This document shows positions 43,693 to 45,335 of a stretch of DNA of 45,335 nt, piece after piece (positions within the stretch are counted from its first letter, which is position 1; each line of letters opens with the position of its first letter). The stretch is taken from NCBI GenBank assembly GCA_041623915.1, contig JBFJWB010000002.1, forward strand, positions 1 through 45,335. Reading direction: 5' to 3'. The translations under genes and the position numbers were made by a program. Source of the DNA: Minisyncoccia bacterium. GTDB taxonomy: Bacteria > Patescibacteriota > Minisyncoccia > Phycocordibacterales > Phycocordibacteraceae. The notes under the pieces were generated by a model that saw only the letters and a program-made list of their open reading frames with translations, was not told the DNA's origin and made no database searches.

Positions 43693-43702
43693 CATTCAAA
43701 GC

Positions 43703-44116
43703 ATGGCAACCATAAATCAGCTTACGAAGAAGCGACGCACGGACAAACAGCGCAAATCAAAGGTGCTGGCACTTGGTCGTGGTTTCAACTCACTCAAAAA
43801 CAAACCATCTTTCTATGAGTCGCCATTCAAACGTGGCGTATGTACTAAAGTGACCACAAAGACCCCACGTAAACCAAACTCAGCTATCCGTAAAATAGCT
43901 CGTGTGCGTCTTTCTAATGGCATGGAAGTCACTGCGTACATACCTGGCATGGGACATAATTTGCAAGAACACTCAGTTGTTTTGCTTAGAGGTGGTCGTG
44001 TGAAAGATATCGGTGTGCAATACACTGTTGTGCGCGGTAAGTTAGATGCGTCTGGTGTGGACACGCGTCGAAAGGGTCGCTCACGTTACGGTGCTAAACG
44101 CCCTAAGGCCGACTAA
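43703..44116 (+). CDS. rpsL: 30S ribosomal protein S12
   Basis: MATINQL..., [31 protein letters not shown]. Confidence 0.96.
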   Translation: MATINQLTKKRRTDKQRKSKVLALGRGFNSLKNKPSFYESPFKRGVCTKVTTKTPRKPNSAIRKIARVRLSNGMEVTAYIPGMGHNLQEHSVVLLRGGRVKDIGVQYTVVRGKLDASGVDTRRKGRSRYGAKRPKAD

Positions 44117-44130
44117 TTTTTATAATAAAT

Positions 44131-44595
44131 ATGCGTAGACCACTTAAAAAGAAACGAACATGGCGTCCAGATCCGGAATTCAAGTCCGAGGATGTTACTC
44201 GCTTTGTAAATGCCATCATGCTTGATGGCAAGAAAGATACCGCCCGTAAGGTTGTATACGGTGCCTTCTTTAAAATAAAAGAAGAAGGAGCTGATCCAGT
44301 AGAAACATTTGAAGCAGCTATCAGGAACGTGTCACCACTTATGGAAGTGCGTTCTCGTCGCGTGGGTGGTGCAAACTATCAAGTACCACGTGAAGTACCT
44401 CAGAACCGTCGACTTGCTCTCGCATACCGATGGATCATAAATGCAGCTCGTAACAAGAAAGGACGCCCGATGGCCGAAAAGCTTGCAGACGAGATTAAGT
44501 TTGCCGCAAATAACGAGGGGGATGCTATTAAAAAGAAAGAAGAGATGCATCGTATGGCAGATGCCAACAAGGCCTTCGCCCACTTTGCTTGGTAA
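44131..44595 (+). CDS. rpsG: 30S ribosomal protein S7
   Basis: FVNAIMLDGKKDTARKV, EVRSRRVGGANYQVP, AFAHFAW. Confidence 0.95.
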   Translation: MRRPLKKKRTWRPDPEFKSEDVTRFVNAIMLDGKKDTARKVVYGAFFKIKEEGADPVETFEAAIRNVSPLMEVRSRRVGGANYQVPREVPQNRRLALAYRWIINAARNKKGRPMAEKLADEIKFAANNEGDAIKKKEEMHRMADANKAFAHFAW

Positions 44596-44615
44596 ATAAG
44601 AAAATTCCGCAGAAT

Positions 44616-44646
44616 AAAGCCTCGCGAATGCGAGGCTTTTATTTTT
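44616..44646. terminator. terminator after rpsG
   Basis: aaagcctcg-cgaatg-cgaggcttttattttt. Confidence 0.8.
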
Positions 44647-44656
44647 GTATGACGTC

Positions 44657-45019
44657 CTATGCTTTTAAGACAAGTGCTATGTTCCTTGGCATTGAGATCA
44701 ACAATAGAATTAAGCAAAAAAGCAATTGCACGATATAGAGCAATGAGATACCCGCAGCTAGTAAAGTACTTCCAAGCACGGAACATGCACACCCTACGAA
44801 GCCCCACGATTTTCTCTCTTGAAGCCTGACGTCTTCCGAGGATTGTTCGCATAAATATGACGGGAACAAAGCAAGCAGTAAGAAAAAGAATCCTAAAATA
44901 CGAATTGTAGCGTACTCATGGTCTAGATCCATAAGTTGCGCCAATACCAATTCACTCAAGAAGGACATGCCGATTGTCAAGATGATACAGAACACAATAA
45001 ATAAAAATCTCCATGCCAT
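44657..45019 (-). CDS. small membrane protein (4 TM)
   Basis: ORF 44657..45190 has a GTG start with no SD. An internal ATG at 45019 (MAWRFLFIVFCIIL) has tagggg upstream and covers all the TM segments. Confidence 0.5.
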   Translation of the reverse strand: MAWRFLFIVFCIILTIGMSFLSELVLAQLMDLDHEYATIRILGFFFLLLALFPSYLCEQSSEDVRLQERKSWGFVGCACSVLGSTLLAAGISLLYIVQLLFCLILLLISMPRNIALVLKA

Positions 45020-45335
45020 TAGAGTACCCCTATTCGAATCCAGATAAATAAAAGCACAATTTGGGACGAATAACAATTTCAAATACTCCATCAAACATGA
45101 GGGACTCAAGGATCCTATATTGCCCATATGTCCTATGTTATTGTTTCTCTGGACCGGATAAAGGTTGATTAGATACCACCTTGAATGCACTTAGGATATG
45201 CCAATATGCATAGAAGAGACATTCTTCAACGCGCAACAGCTTGTTGGTGGAGTGACGGCTCACCAAGGCAACGACGTGCGATGCAGAACGTGATCCCAAG
45301 GGTTGATGAGTTCATGTGTATTCGCTTGATGCTCC

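Noticed and set aside
45191-45335. Possible gene fragment at the right edge
   Set aside because: All three minus-strand frames and the plus-strand frames hit stops within about 30 codons. Nothing supportable was found.

Overview
A 45.3-kb, densely coding bacterial chromosome segment. Sampled 60-nt lines give about 38-42% GC. It carries small housekeeping genes: rsmA, uvrD, rpsO, xth, cca, four tRNAs, hup, rny, clpP, ppa, nusA, tpiA, pgk, recJ, rnhA, rpmB, rpsL and rpsG. It also carries a type IV pilus module (pilB, pilC, two pseudopilins, a PilX-like protein) and DNA-uptake genes (comEC, comM). Envelope proteins with thrombospondin-type-3 motifs, several ATGA-coupled operons and apparently leaderless genes are present, and no biosynthetic pathways. 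This gene content suggests a reduced-genome Patescibacteria/CPR organism, which is an inference. The most unusual region is 20.2-23.2 kb. Perfect 97-bp direct repeats of the hup 3' end bracket a 2.8-kb insert with no recognisable integrase. The insert holds a TrmB-like wHTH regulator divergent from a DUF1874 (AcrIII-1/ring-nuclease-like) gene that is broken by a frameshift in a C8 tract. It also holds a high-GC two-gene orphan cassette flanked by 62-bp double-palindrome repeats. Other points of interest: (1) a 540-bp non-coding gap (14.5-15.0 kb) with a perfect DnaA box, tandem 12-mers, a GC-rich structured segment and inverted 15-mers, plus twin DnaA boxes at 16.84 kb; (2) a promoter-leader-26-codon-ORF-terminator unit at 19.9-20.15 kb; (3) a four-gene ATGA-coupled envelope operon (1-5138) that may be T4SS-like (VirB5/VirB6-like); (4) a comEC gene split by a sod-containing insertion, with a catalytically degenerate MBL domain. 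All family assignments come from motif recognition by eye. No database search was run.
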